From the NCBI GenBank assembly GCA_963737265.1, contig CAVTRY010000007.1, positions 160,001-224,000 of the forward strand: a stretch of 64,000 bases of DNA, given 5' to 3'. The notes under the pieces were generated by a model. It was not told the origin of the DNA and did not search any database. It was given only the letters and a program-made list of their open reading frames with translations. A program made the position numbers and the translations under genes. Each line of letters begins with the position of its first letter. The stretch's first letter is position 1. Shown one piece after another: positions 19,946 through 30,458 of this stretch. Source of the stretch: an uncultured delta proteobacterium (GTDB lineage Bacteria; Myxococcota_A; Polyangia; Fen-1088).

Positions 19946-20821
19946 TCACTCGACAAAGACCTGAGCAAGGGTCGCGAGTAGATAGGCCACCGAGACGTAG
20001 CCGTTCAGGTTGAAGAAGGCCAGGTTGAGGCGCGACAGGTCGGACGGTCGGACGATGGCGTGCTCGTAGGTGAAAATGGCGACCACCACGGCCACGCCTA
20101 GAAAGTAGATGACGCCGAGGCTGGCCGCTCGCCCCGCGGCCATCAGGGCCACGGCCGTACCAGCGTGCATGACCGCGGAGATAGCGAGAGAGGCCCGGAC
20201 GCCGAAGCGGGCAGGAATGGAATAAATCCCCGACTTGCGATCGAAATCGCGGTCAGCCAGAGCATAAAGAATGTCGAAACCGCCGATCCAGGTGGCCACG
20301 GCAATCACCAGCCAGACTGCCGGCGCGGCCAGCTCGCCGCGCACCGCAATCCATGCGCCCGCGGGCGCGACGCCGATGGCCAGCCCAAGAAAGAGATGGC
20401 ACAGCCAGGTGAATCGCTTGGTGAAGGAGTACCCCAGAACCAGCACCAGGACCAAGGGCGAAAGAACCAGGCAAAGCTTCCCCAGACTGGCCGCGGCAGC
20501 CACGAAGACGACGGCGCTGGTGGCGGTCAGCACGCTGGCAGCCAACAAGGAAACCCTGCCCGTCGGAATTTCGCGACCGGCAGTGCGCGGATTTTTTCCG
20601 TCGAAGGCGCGGTCGGCGATTCGGTTGAAACCCATCGCGGCGGTGCGAGCACCGGCCATGGCCACGAGGATCGCCACCACCTGAACGGCGGTGATGCTAT
20701 GCCCGCGCGCGGCGATGGCGGTGGCGGCAAGCGCGAACGGTAAGGCAAACACCGTATGGCTGAATTTCACCATACGGCCAAAAGTGACAATCGCGCTGAC
20801 AAACGATCGGTCGGTTTCCAT
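19946..20821 (-). CDS. UbiA-family prenyltransferase (MqnP-like)
   Basis: 'KFSHTVFALPFA', 'FNRIADRAFDGKNPRTAGREIP', 'YSFTKRFT', 'FDILYALAD'. Confidence 0.92.
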   Translation of the reverse strand: METDRSFVSAIVTFGRMVKFSHTVFALPFALAATAIAARGHSITAVQVVAILVAMAGARTAAMGFNRIADRAFDGKNPRTAGREIPTGRVSLLAASVLTATSAVVFVAAAASLGKLCLVLSPLVLVLVLGYSFTKRFTWLCHLFLGLAIGVAPAGAWIAVRGELAAPAVWLVIAVATWIGGFDILYALADRDFDRKSGIYSIPARFGVRASLAISAVMHAGTAVALMAAGRAASLGVIYFLGVAVVVAIFTYEHAIVRPSDLSRLNLAFFNLNGYVSVAYLLATLAQVFVE

Positions 20822-20912
20822 TGCAGGCGCGAGTCTACTCATTTCCGCTCTTGCTTGCACAGCGAGCCAGCCACGAACCCAGGTCGGCCGGTCGCGCGAA
20901 GGGGGGCGCTGG

Positions 20913-21437
20913 CTAGGCCTTGCCGAGGGTCTTGCCGCCCGACTTCCACTCGACCGGGCACAGCTCGCCGGTCTGTGCCGCCTGCAGCAGGCGCAGGGTT
21001 TCGCCCACCGAGCGGCCGATGCGAGGAACGTTGACCGATTCGGTCACCACGTTGCCCTCTGGATCGATGACGAACGTACCGCGGTTGGCGAAGCCGTTGG
21101 CCTCGTCGAGCACGCCGTAGTCGCGCGCGATCTTCTTGGTGAAGTCCGCAATCAAGGGATGGGCAAGCTGGCCCAAGTCGCCCTTGATCCAGGCCTTGTG
21201 CGAGTGCTTCGAGTCCGTCGAACAACCGAGAACGACGGCATTGAGCTCCCTGAATTCCTTATCCCGCTTCGAGAACTCGGTGATCTCGGTGGGGCAGATG
21301 AACGTGAAGTCGAGCGGATAGAAGAAGAGTACGACCCACTTTCCCTTGTAGTCGGACAGTGAGACCTTCTTGAAGTCTCCGCTTCCGACGACAGCTTCCT
21401 CGGTAAACTCCGGTGCTTTCTTTCCTGCGAGTGCCAT
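20913..21437 (-). CDS. ahpC: 2-Cys peroxiredoxin
   Basis: 'FFYPLDFTFICPTE' and C-terminal 'LCPVEW'. Confidence 0.93.
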   Translation of the reverse strand: MALAGKKAPEFTEEAVVGSGDFKKVSLSDYKGKWVVLFFYPLDFTFICPTEITEFSKRDKEFRELNAVVLGCSTDSKHSHKAWIKGDLGQLAHPLIADFTKKIARDYGVLDEANGFANRGTFVIDPEGNVVTESVNVPRIGRSVGETLRLLQAAQTGELCPVEWKSGGKTLGKA

Positions 21438-21506
21438 AGATTTTTCCTCCACCGGTTAGATGGCTCCGGCGTCGATTGGTCGCATCCATCCCACAGGTTT
21501 TGCGCC

Positions 21507-23411
21507 CTAAAGCCACTCATAACGCATGTTCCGTCGCCGCGGCGTGAAACCGGCTGCGCGCACGTAGCCCTCGATGTCGCTGGCCGACAGCTTGAACACC
21601 GCGCCTGCCTGCGCCACCACGTTTTCCTCGATCATGGCCGACCCGAAGTCGTTGCCGCCAAAGCGCAGGCCGATTTGGCCGATGGCCGGTCCCATGGTGA
21701 CCCAGGAAACCTGCACGTTGGGGAAGTTGTCGAGGTACAAGCGCGCGAGAGCAAGGGTGCGCAGGTAGCGCGTGGCGGTCGTGTCGTCGCGCAACGGGAG
21801 GCGCGTACCCTCGGCTTGGAAGCTCCAACAGATGAAAGCGGTGAAGCCAGCGGTTTCGTCCTCGAGCGCGCGCAGCTTGTCGAAATGTCCGACGATGTGA
21901 TCGGCCTTTTCGCCGAAGCCGAAGACCATGGTTGCGGTGCTGCGCAGGCCGAGCGAATGCGCCTGGCGCATGACATCCAGCCAAGTCGCCACCGAGCATT
22001 TGTGGGGCGAGATGCGGTGCCGGATCTCGTCGTCGAGAATCTCGGCCGCGCCACCCGGAACCGAGTCAAGCCCCGCCGCCATCAGTCGTTCGAGGACGGC
22101 GCGGATGGTGAGATTCTCGCGCTCCGCGAGATAGCGAATCTCCTCGGGTGAAAGCCCGTGGATGGCGATGGGAAAATTCGCCTTCATCCAGCGGAACAGA
22201 TCCTCGTAATAGGCGAGCCCGAGCTCTGGGTTGATCCCGCCCTGAAGCAGGACCTGAATGCCGCCCATGTCGATTGTCTCTTGCAGCTTCCGGGCAAGCT
22301 CCGCGCGCGACAAGGTGTACACGCGGCCGTCGCCGGGCGGCCGGTAAAAGTTGCAGAACTGACAAGCCGTGGTGCACGCGTTGGTGTAGTTCACGTTGCG
22401 GTCGATAATGTAGGTGACCACGCCTTGGGGATGCAGCGAATGGCGGCGCGCGTCCGCCGCCAAGCCCAAGTCGTAAAGTGCGGCCGAGTCGTGCAGACGG
22501 ACGCCGTCGTCGAACGATAGGCGAACGCCGGCCGCGGCGTCGGAAAGCACGCTGTCGAGCGAACGAGGCGCACAAACCTTGGTCGATCTAGCTCGCGTTT
22601 CGTTGGCGAAAAAACGAATCACGGACTTTCGCCCGACGCCAACCAGGCCGGCCGCTTGCGCGCGGGTGAGAAAGGCGGTGGCGCCACAAAGCTCGCCGGC
22701 CCCGAACTCGTAGTGGATGTTCTCGCGCAGGTAGCGCTTACAAAGGTCGGCGGCAACGCCGCTTTTTTCGGCCCACGCGCCCGCAATCTCGTCGCGATGA
22801 GCGAGCCCCTGCGCCAAGCTGTCTTGCAGAAGTGCAACATCGCCCGGTGAAACCGCATCGGGTCGGCCGATCCACGCGGCGTAAACGAATGGCAGGCCCA
22901 CACGCTTGGTCCACTCGGCCCCGAGGTCGTAGACGTAACGAAAGCGCGCCGTGGCCGAAAAACAGAGATCGCCGATCATCAGGGCGCCGCGGCGACCCCC
23001 GACAAGATCGGCGATGCGGTCGTGCTCCGCGCGCGCGTAGCCGGGCGCAAGGCCGCGCTCGCGCGTAAGCAGCTGGACCAGGATCTGCGATGTGCGCGAG
23101 GCATCGTCGAGGAGGATGGTGTCCATGTCCTGCCATGGAACGTCGCCCATCAGCATCACCGTGCGCACGGAACCGCGCGAGGCGATGGCGACGCCAGGCA
23201 CCATGCGGAATTCGTCGGGCGCGTCGGCGAAGCTGCCGATGGGCATGAGCGCCAGATCCGCGTCGCCGCTGGCGATCGCGGCCGAGCAGCGCGATGGCAG
23301 ATCGAACCGGAGGTCGAAGCGATCGCTCCCGGCCGCAAGACCGCGCTCGATGCCGTAGACAATGGGACGGGTATTCAAAAACGAAACCGCGGTCAGACGC
23401 AAACGGGGCAC
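21507..23411 (-). CDS. mqnC: Fusion of chorismate dehydratase (MqnA) and cyclic dehypoxanthinyl futalosine synthase (MqnC)
   Basis: N-half 'VSFLNTRP..IGD..DLGAEW..GLPFVYAAW'; C-half 'TYIIDRNVNYTNACTTACQFCNF..DFGSAMIEENVV'. Confidence 0.88.
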   Translation of the reverse strand: MPRLRLTAVSFLNTRPIVYGIERGLAAGSDRFDLRFDLPSRCSAAIASGDADLALMPIGSFADAPDEFRMVPGVAIASRGSVRTVMLMGDVPWQDMDTILLDDASRTSQILVQLLTRERGLAPGYARAEHDRIADLVGGRRGALMIGDLCFSATARFRYVYDLGAEWTKRVGLPFVYAAWIGRPDAVSPGDVALLQDSLAQGLAHRDEIAGAWAEKSGVAADLCKRYLRENIHYEFGAGELCGATAFLTRAQAAGLVGVGRKSVIRFFANETRARSTKVCAPRSLDSVLSDAAAGVRLSFDDGVRLHDSAALYDLGLAADARRHSLHPQGVVTYIIDRNVNYTNACTTACQFCNFYRPPGDGRVYTLSRAELARKLQETIDMGGIQVLLQGGINPELGLAYYEDLFRWMKANFPIAIHGLSPEEIRYLAERENLTIRAVLERLMAAGLDSVPGGAAEILDDEIRHRISPHKCSVATWLDVMRQAHSLGLRSTATMVFGFGEKADHIVGHFDKLRALEDETAGFTAFICWSFQAEGTRLPLRDDTTATRYLRTLALARLYLDNFPNVQVSWVTMGPAIGQIGLRFGGNDFGSAMIEENVVAQAGAVFKLSASDIEGYVRAAGFTPRRRNMRYEWL

Positions 23412-23414
23412 AGC

Positions 23415-24515
23415 CTAGACAGCCTCCTGCTTGGTTGCGGGCGAGAATCTGCCGTAAAGCGTATCGCGCTCGACGGGAACGCGCCCGGCCTGGCGCACGA
23501 TGCGCGCGATGGTGTCGGGTGCGAGCGCCTGCGGCGAATGGGCGCCGGCCTGGTGATAGATCTTTTCCTCACTGACGGTGCCGTCGAAATCGTCGGCGCC
23601 GAACCACAGCGCCGTCTGTGCCGTAGCAAGACCGAGGCTCACCCAATACGCTTTGATATGCGAAATGTTGTGTAACATTAGGCGCGCCACGGCGCAGGTA
23701 CGCAGGGCTTCGGTCGCGGTCGGCGCGGGAATGTCGCCCAAGGCATTGTTGTCGGGATGGAACGGAAGCGGGATGAAGGCGAGTAGGCCCCCGGTTTCGT
23801 CCTGTAGCTCGCGCAAGCGCAGCAGATGCTCCACCCGCTCGGTCAGAGTCTCGACCGTGCCGAACAGCATGGTGCAGTTGGATTTGATGCCCAGGCGGTG
23901 TGCCGTGCGATGCACGTCAAGCCATTCGTCCGCACCGCATTTGTTGGGGCAGATCGCCGTGCGCACGCGGGGCGAAAAGATTTCCGCGCCGCCGCCAGGC
24001 AGCGAATCGAGCCCGGATGCCTGCAATCGGCGCAGAATTTCCTCGATGCTGCGGCGGTAAAGACGGTGAAAGAAGAAAATTTCCACCGCTGAAAAGGCCT
24101 TGATGCGGATGCCTGGCTCGATGGTTTTGAGCTGCGCAAGAAGATCGGTGAAGTACTCGAACGGCAAGCCGTCGTGCAATCCGCCGACGATGTGAACCTC
24201 GGTCACGCGATCGCCAACGGCAAGCCGCGCACGCAGCTTGTCCACCGCCTGTTCGACGGTCAGCACGAAGGCGCCCGCGGCGCCGGCATCGCGCCGAGAA
24301 AACGAGCACAGCTTGCACGCCGCCACGCACACGTTGGTGGGATTGATGTGGAGATTGCGATTGAAATAGGTGCGGTCGCCGTGCAGACGTTCGCGTACTT
24401 CGTTGGCCAGCCCGCCCACGTCGAGAAGATTCGGGTGCTGGTAGAGCTCGAGGCCATCAGCTAAGGACAAGGCGACGCCCGAGCGCACCTTCTGGGACAA
24501 GACGGGAAAACTCAC
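23415..24515 (-). CDS. mqnE: Aminofutalosine synthase
   Basis: 'HINPTNVCVAACKLCSF', 'LPGGGAEIF', 'HIKAYW', 'DGTVSEEKIYHQAGA'. Confidence 0.9.
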   Translation of the reverse strand: MSFPVLSQKVRSGVALSLADGLELYQHPNLLDVGGLANEVRERLHGDRTYFNRNLHINPTNVCVAACKLCSFSRRDAGAAGAFVLTVEQAVDKLRARLAVGDRVTEVHIVGGLHDGLPFEYFTDLLAQLKTIEPGIRIKAFSAVEIFFFHRLYRRSIEEILRRLQASGLDSLPGGGAEIFSPRVRTAICPNKCGADEWLDVHRTAHRLGIKSNCTMLFGTVETLTERVEHLLRLRELQDETGGLLAFIPLPFHPDNNALGDIPAPTATEALRTCAVARLMLHNISHIKAYWVSLGLATAQTALWFGADDFDGTVSEEKIYHQAGAHSPQALAPDTIARIVRQAGRVPVERDTLYGRFSPATKQEAV

Positions 24516-25198
24516 AGCGCTTGCACCTTTCCTTCCGGCAAGCGCTCGCACGGGACAAATCCCGAGGCACGCAAAAGCAGCACCGCCTCGTCACGGGTGA
24601 GCTCGTTGCTGGACGCGTGCGCGCCCAGGCGCAGCGCGCGCTGGCTCACGACAGCACCCAGCATTTCGTCCGCGCCGAACGACAAACAAAGCTGGCCGAG
24701 CTTGTGGCCGAGCCGTTCCACATCGACGACGACGTGCTTCGACGGGCAGGCCATCCGGCACGCGGCGAAGAAGTGGATGGTGTCGAGGCCCATGGCTTCG
24801 CCCACCGGCGTGGGCATGACCCCGTCGATGGCCGGGACCTGGCGCAGGACCTCGCCAACTTTTTCGAGGCGCGTCCGGCGTAGCACAGGCGATTCGCCCG
24901 CGGCAAATGGCACACGAATCAGACCACGCATGCCGAGCGCGACCGCTTCGCGCGCGACCGCCACGCCGCAAAGTACGGTGTTGGCTCCCGCTTGTTGCAC
25001 CGCCGGCAGCCCGCCGAGCCCGGCGAGATCCTCTTCCTCGACCAGGGCGCACACGGCTTCGCGCGGTCCCAACCAAGAACCGTCCGGCTGCAAGCGACGC
25101 GCACCCACAAAAAAGGCGCGTCCGCCAAAGGCGGCGCGTGCGGCCGCCAGGGCCGCGCGACCGAGTCCAAAAAGATCCAAATCCCGTTCCGAGCTCAT
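24512..25198 (-). CDS. Degenerate MqnE/CofH-like protein lacking the CxxxCxxC motif
   Basis: C-terminus 'GHKLGQLCLSFGADEMLG..LLRASGFVPCER' parallels MqnE; translationally coupled on both sides. Confidence 0.6.
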   Translation of the reverse strand: MSSERDLDLFGLGRAALAAARAAFGGRAFFVGARRLQPDGSWLGPREAVCALVEEEDLAGLGGLPAVQQAGANTVLCGVAVAREAVALGMRGLIRVPFAAGESPVLRRTRLEKVGEVLRQVPAIDGVMPTPVGEAMGLDTIHFFAACRMACPSKHVVVDVERLGHKLGQLCLSFGADEMLGAVVSQRALRLGAHASSNELTRDEAVLLLRASGFVPCERLPEGKVQAL

Positions 25199-25759
25199 GG
25201 CGACTTCCCCCAGCGTGGCGCGAGCGTGGCTCCGACCGCGAGCTGGTCGAGCACACGCGCCACAACGGTATCCACGATCGCATCCACGGTCGTCGGGCGA
25301 GTATAGAATGACGGCGCCGCGGGCAGCACGATGGCGCCAGCTTTGGCCACGGCGAGCATGTTTTCAAGGTGGATCAGCGACAGCGGCGTCTCGCGCACGA
25401 GCAGAATGAGCTTGCGCCTCTCCTTGAGCGCCACGTCGGCGGCCCGGCCGATGAGGTCGTCGGCCATGCCGCCCGCAATGCGCCCCACACGGCCGACCGA
25501 ACAGGGCACCGCCACCATGGCGTGCCACAGGGCCGAACCCGACGCGAACGAGGACGTGAAATCGTCGTTGGCGTATTCGCGAAAGCCGTAGCTGCATTCG
25601 GTGCCAAGTTCGTGTTGCCACACGCGCCGGCCATTGGTCGAAAAGCAGATGGCGACCTCGAGATCGGATTGCGTTTGGCGCGCGCTCGAACAGGGCGTCG
25701 AGCAACCGCTTGGCGTAGATGGCGCCGGAAGCGCCAGTGATGGCGACCAAGATTTTCAT
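25195..25759 (-). CDS. ubiX: Flavin prenyltransferase, frameshift near 25675
   Basis: 'ILVAITGASGAIY' in one frame; 'ASGS..PCS..ALKERRKLILLVRETPL' in the next. Confidence 0.9.
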
Positions 25760-26487
25760 TCCGCCACCACCAGCGCAGCGACCCCGGCGGGAAACAGATC
25801 GGCTCCGGTCACCGTCGAGAATCCGACCTTGCGCAAGAGCACCTCAAACTCGGTGCGCGGCAAGAACCGCATGATGGACTCGGGCAAGTAGCGGTAGGCG
25901 GCGCCATCCCCGGTCACGGCACGGCCGAGCAGGGGCAGCACACGAGCGTTGTAGAAGCCATCCCAGAAGGCACGTCTGCGCGCGGGCCGAAAGAATTCCA
26001 GGATCGCGATGCGGCCCCCAGGACGTACCACCCGCCGCAGCTCCGTCATTGCTTGTTCGAGATTGCGCAGGTTGCGCACACAAAAGGCCGAGAAGGCGAC
26101 GTCGAAAGCCGCGTTCTGATAGGGCAGGTCGTGCCCATCGGCGACCTGCGCTGCCACGTTCGCGGCACGCAGCTTTTTCCGCCCCTCGGCCAGCATGTTG
26201 CGTGCGAAGTCCGCGCCTAAGACCACGGCCGCGGGCTTCCGTCGCAAAATCGCGATGGCGCCGTCGAGCGTGCCGGCGCCAAGGTCGAGCACGCGCGGCG
26301 AATCCCCGAGCCCCTGCATCAGCGCCCGAATCGCCTTGCGGCGCCAAAGCCCGTCGACGCCGGCCGACATGATCCGGTTCGCGCGGTCGTAGCGGGTAGC
26401 GATGCGATCGAACATCGCCCTGATATCCTCGCGAACGACTTTCGGGACGACTCTCGGGACATCGGCTCGAGGCGCGGCAGCCGGCAT
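25756..26487 (-). CDS. menG: UbiE/MenG-family (demethyl)menaquinone methyltransferase
   Basis: 'MFDRIATRYDRANRIMS', 'VLDLGAGT', 'AYRYLPESI'. Confidence 0.88.
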   Translation of the reverse strand: MPAAAPRADVPRVVPKVVREDIRAMFDRIATRYDRANRIMSAGVDGLWRRKAIRALMQGLGDSPRVLDLGAGTLDGAIAILRRKPAAVVLGADFARNMLAEGRKKLRAANVAAQVADGHDLPYQNAAFDVAFSAFCVRNLRNLEQAMTELRRVVRPGGRIAILEFFRPARRRAFWDGFYNARVLPLLGRAVTGDGAAYRYLPESIMRFLPRTEFEVLLRKVGFSTVTGADLFPAGVAALVVAE

Positions 26488-27515
26488 CACGCCACCCGGT
26501 CGACGGAAAGTCTCGACAGCTCGACGAGCGCGTCCCGGTACTGCGACGCTGGCAGCGCCACGAGCTCGGACGTGGCGGCGTCGGCAAACGCAACGGCTCG
26601 CTTGCGCGCGCGTTCCACCCCGCCTGCCGCACGCACCGAGGTCAGGATGGAATGCGCTTTGTCGGCCGGAATTCCTTGCTCGCCCAAGGCATCGCGAATG
26701 CGCGCGCGCAGGTCGGGATCGGTTTCGCAGGCCAGCAGCACCGGCAAGGTTAGCTTGCCTTCCTGCAAGTCGCGCCCGCCCGACTTCCCGGTCACGCCCT
26801 CGTCGACCGCACAATCCAGGATATCGTCGGCGATCTGGAAGGCGCGGCCGAGCGCGCGGCCGTAGCGCCCCAACACGGCATCGAGCGGTGCAGGGAGCAC
26901 GCCCCCCACGCGCGAACACCAAGCCATGAGCGACGCGGTCTTGCGATCGGCCACGCGCAGATAGGCGTCGACGGTGGCATCTGGATCGCCAGCGCCTTCA
27001 AGTTGCGCCACTTCGCCCTCGGCCATTTCGGTAACGGTGGCCGCGAGCGAGCGCACCATGGCGATCGATCCGGTCGAGGCGACCAGCTCGAGCCCGCGCG
27101 CCAGGCAGAAGTCGCCCACCAGCACGGCCACGCCGTTGCCAAAAATCATGCGCGCGGCGGGCCGCCCACGGCGGACATCGCCGTTGTCCACGACGTCGTC
27201 GTGAAACAGCGTCGCGGTGTGAATCAGCTCCGCCGCGCAGCCGGCCGCGATCGCGTGATCCAAGTCGCTCTCGCAGGTGCGGGCCACCAGCACGGAAAGG
27301 AGCGGCCGCAGGCGCTTGCCACCCGCGCCAAGCAGATGGGTGCCCACCTCGGGGATGCGACCAACGGGACTGTCCATCTGTTCGCAAAGGCGCGTCTCGA
27401 CGGCGTGCATTTCACCGGCGACCAGAGACCACAAATCGCTGACGCGCCTACGGGAGATCGCCGGAGAAACTGCCGGAGGTCGGATAAGATCGATGTGAAT
27501 GGCCGCTCTGCTCAT
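26487..27515 (-). CDS. Polyprenyl diphosphate synthase
   Basis: 'GGKRLRP', 'HDDVVD', 'FQIADDILD', 'DLQEGKLTLP'. Confidence 0.93.
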   Translation of the reverse strand: MSRAAIHIDLIRPPAVSPAISRRRVSDLWSLVAGEMHAVETRLCEQMDSPVGRIPEVGTHLLGAGGKRLRPLLSVLVARTCESDLDHAIAAGCAAELIHTATLFHDDVVDNGDVRRGRPAARMIFGNGVAVLVGDFCLARGLELVASTGSIAMVRSLAATVTEMAEGEVAQLEGAGDPDATVDAYLRVADRKTASLMAWCSRVGGVLPAPLDAVLGRYGRALGRAFQIADDILDCAVDEGVTGKSGGRDLQEGKLTLPVLLACETDPDLRARIRDALGEQGIPADKAHSILTSVRAAGGVERARKRAVAFADAATSELVALPASQYRDALVELSRLSVDRVA

Positions 27516-28606
27516 GACACGCGCCTTGTGATTCTAAGATCCAGAAAACCCGTGGGCGTTTCGTTCGATAGAGCCGCAAGCTGTCCGCATGCTGCGGCCT
27601 TGTCGTCGCCGCGCGGGGTGCGAATGTACACCGGGAGATCGGGGCGGCGTACCGCGGCCTGAAAGGCCAACACGCTCGCGTCGCTGGGGCGCTCGAACGG
27701 CAGGCCAGGAACCGGGTTCCACGGAATGAGGTTCACCTTGCTCGGGATCCCTGCGATCAGGCGTGGCAAACGCGCGGCGTCCACATCGGAATCGTTCACC
27801 CCCGCGAACAGCACGTATTCGAAGGTGATGCGGCGGTGGTGGGCCAGCGGAAATCGGCGCGCGGCGGCCAGTAGGGCCTGGATGTTCCAGCGCCGATTCA
27901 CCGGCATGAGGCGATCGCGCAGCTCGTCCGTGGTGGCGTTGAGGGAGATGGCTAGGTTGGGGGCCGGTCGCACCTTGGCAAGAAGGTCGATACCGGTCAC
28001 CACTCCCGAGGTCGACACCGTTAATCGCCGCGGCGACAGGCCCGCGCCCCAGGGGTGCTGGATAATCGATAACGCGCGGGTCACTTGGTCGAAATTATGC
28101 AACGGTTCGCCCATTCCCATGAAGACAATATTGGTCGGCTTTTGTCCCGAGATTTCCATCGACCAGTATAGTTGCTCGACCATTTCGCCAGCAGTCAGGT
28201 TGCGGCCGAATCCCAAGGTGGCTGTCGCGCAGAAGGAACAGCCCCAGGCACAACCAACCTGGCACGAAATACACAGGGTCAGCTTGCTGCGCGCCAACTT
28301 GTCGTCCGGGATCAGCACCGATTCGATGGCGCGCCCGTCGTGGGTGTGAAAGCGAAACTTGCGCGTACCGTCCGACGAATCCACCGCCCCGTCGGGAACC
28401 AGCGGCAGGAGCCCGCTGTCGGCCAGCATGGCATCGCGCAAAGGGCGCGGTACCGTGGACGGCGCGAATGGATCGCGAACGCTGCCCACGCCGCCAAAAC
28501 CCGGGCCATGCAGCCAGCGAAACAGTTGTTCGGCGCGAAACGGCAGCTCACCCGCGCGCGCAACACGCTCGCGTAGCTCCACGATGGTGAACGATCGAAG
28601 ATCCAA
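27512..28606 (-). CDS. rlmN: 23S rRNA/tRNA m2A methyltransferase
   Basis: 'QVGCAWGCSFCAT', 'MGMGEP', 'AACGQL'. Confidence 0.94.
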   Translation of the reverse strand: MDLRSFTIVELRERVARAGELPFRAEQLFRWLHGPGFGGVGSVRDPFAPSTVPRPLRDAMLADSGLLPLVPDGAVDSSDGTRKFRFHTHDGRAIESVLIPDDKLARSKLTLCISCQVGCAWGCSFCATATLGFGRNLTAGEMVEQLYWSMEISGQKPTNIVFMGMGEPLHNFDQVTRALSIIQHPWGAGLSPRRLTVSTSGVVTGIDLLAKVRPAPNLAISLNATTDELRDRLMPVNRRWNIQALLAAARRFPLAHHRRITFEYVLFAGVNDSDVDAARLPRLIAGIPSKVNLIPWNPVPGLPFERPSDASVLAFQAAVRRPDLPVYIRTPRGDDKAAACGQLAALSNETPTGFLDLRITRRVS

Positions 28607-28618
28607 GTCTGCGGATTA

Positions 28619-29686
<1,068 letters not shown>

Positions 29687-30376
29687 TTAGAATATGCTCC
29701 CAACGTCGATCCCGGCCGCCAGTGCGCCTTGGTACCCGACATAGGGCACGACCGTGATGCGCTTGTAAAGCAGGTTGGGCCGCAGAAGAGCTCGCACCGT
29801 CGAGGTCGTGGGGTTGGAGTATCCGTTGAAGATCGTCGCGGCAGCATTACCGGAGTTCTGATCCAGGGCTGTGCTGTAGTAGCGCGTGGACTGATAGTCG
29901 AACGCGACCAGTACTTCCGGCACGAAGACGAAGTTGGTCCCGAATTCGAACCGGCGATACACTGACGGGCCTGCGACCACGCCCCAGCCTTCTGGATTGG
30001 CCACCGGGCTGCTGCTTGGTCCAATGCCGGTGTAGAAGACCCGCTGCACGCCAAGCAGCACCGCGACCGAAATCGGCATGGATTCGTCGGCTCGAAGAAG
30101 GTGAGCGCTGACGAACGGCATGACGCCATAGCCGGCTAGATTCTTGGCGTTGCCGCCCGTGTAGGCGTATCGCGTGAAATCCAAACCAACGTCGAATACG
30201 CCCCGGTAGGAAAAGCCGGCAATCAGCGACGCGCCCCACGCATCCTTCAGCACGCCAGCCCCGACCATGGCGTTCATCGTGTTGGGATCGCCCTTCTCGA
30301 TGAAGATGCTCTGCGCGTGGGCCGCGCTGGCGAGCAGGGTGGCGGTCAGAAAGCACAGGCCAGTGATTTTTTGCAT
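29687..30376 (-). CDS. Exported hypothetical protein, probable beta-barrel
   Basis: Signal peptide ending AHA; amphipathic strands; C-terminal Phe. Confidence 0.55.
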   Translation of the reverse strand: MQKITGLCFLTATLLASAAHAQSIFIEKGDPNTMNAMVGAGVLKDAWGASLIAGFSYRGVFDVGLDFTRYAYTGGNAKNLAGYGVMPFVSAHLLRADESMPISVAVLLGVQRVFYTGIGPSSSPVANPEGWGVVAGPSVYRRFEFGTNFVFVPEVLVAFDYQSTRYYSTALDQNSGNAAATIFNGYSNPTTSTVRALLRPNLLYKRITVVPYVGYQGALAAGIDVGSIF

Positions 30377-30458
30377 CGATGTTCCTCCCAAGCGGCAGCC
30401 GATGGGCCGCCATGATGGCACGGTCGGTCTTGCAGTCCAAGCACTTAACTAGCGCTAA

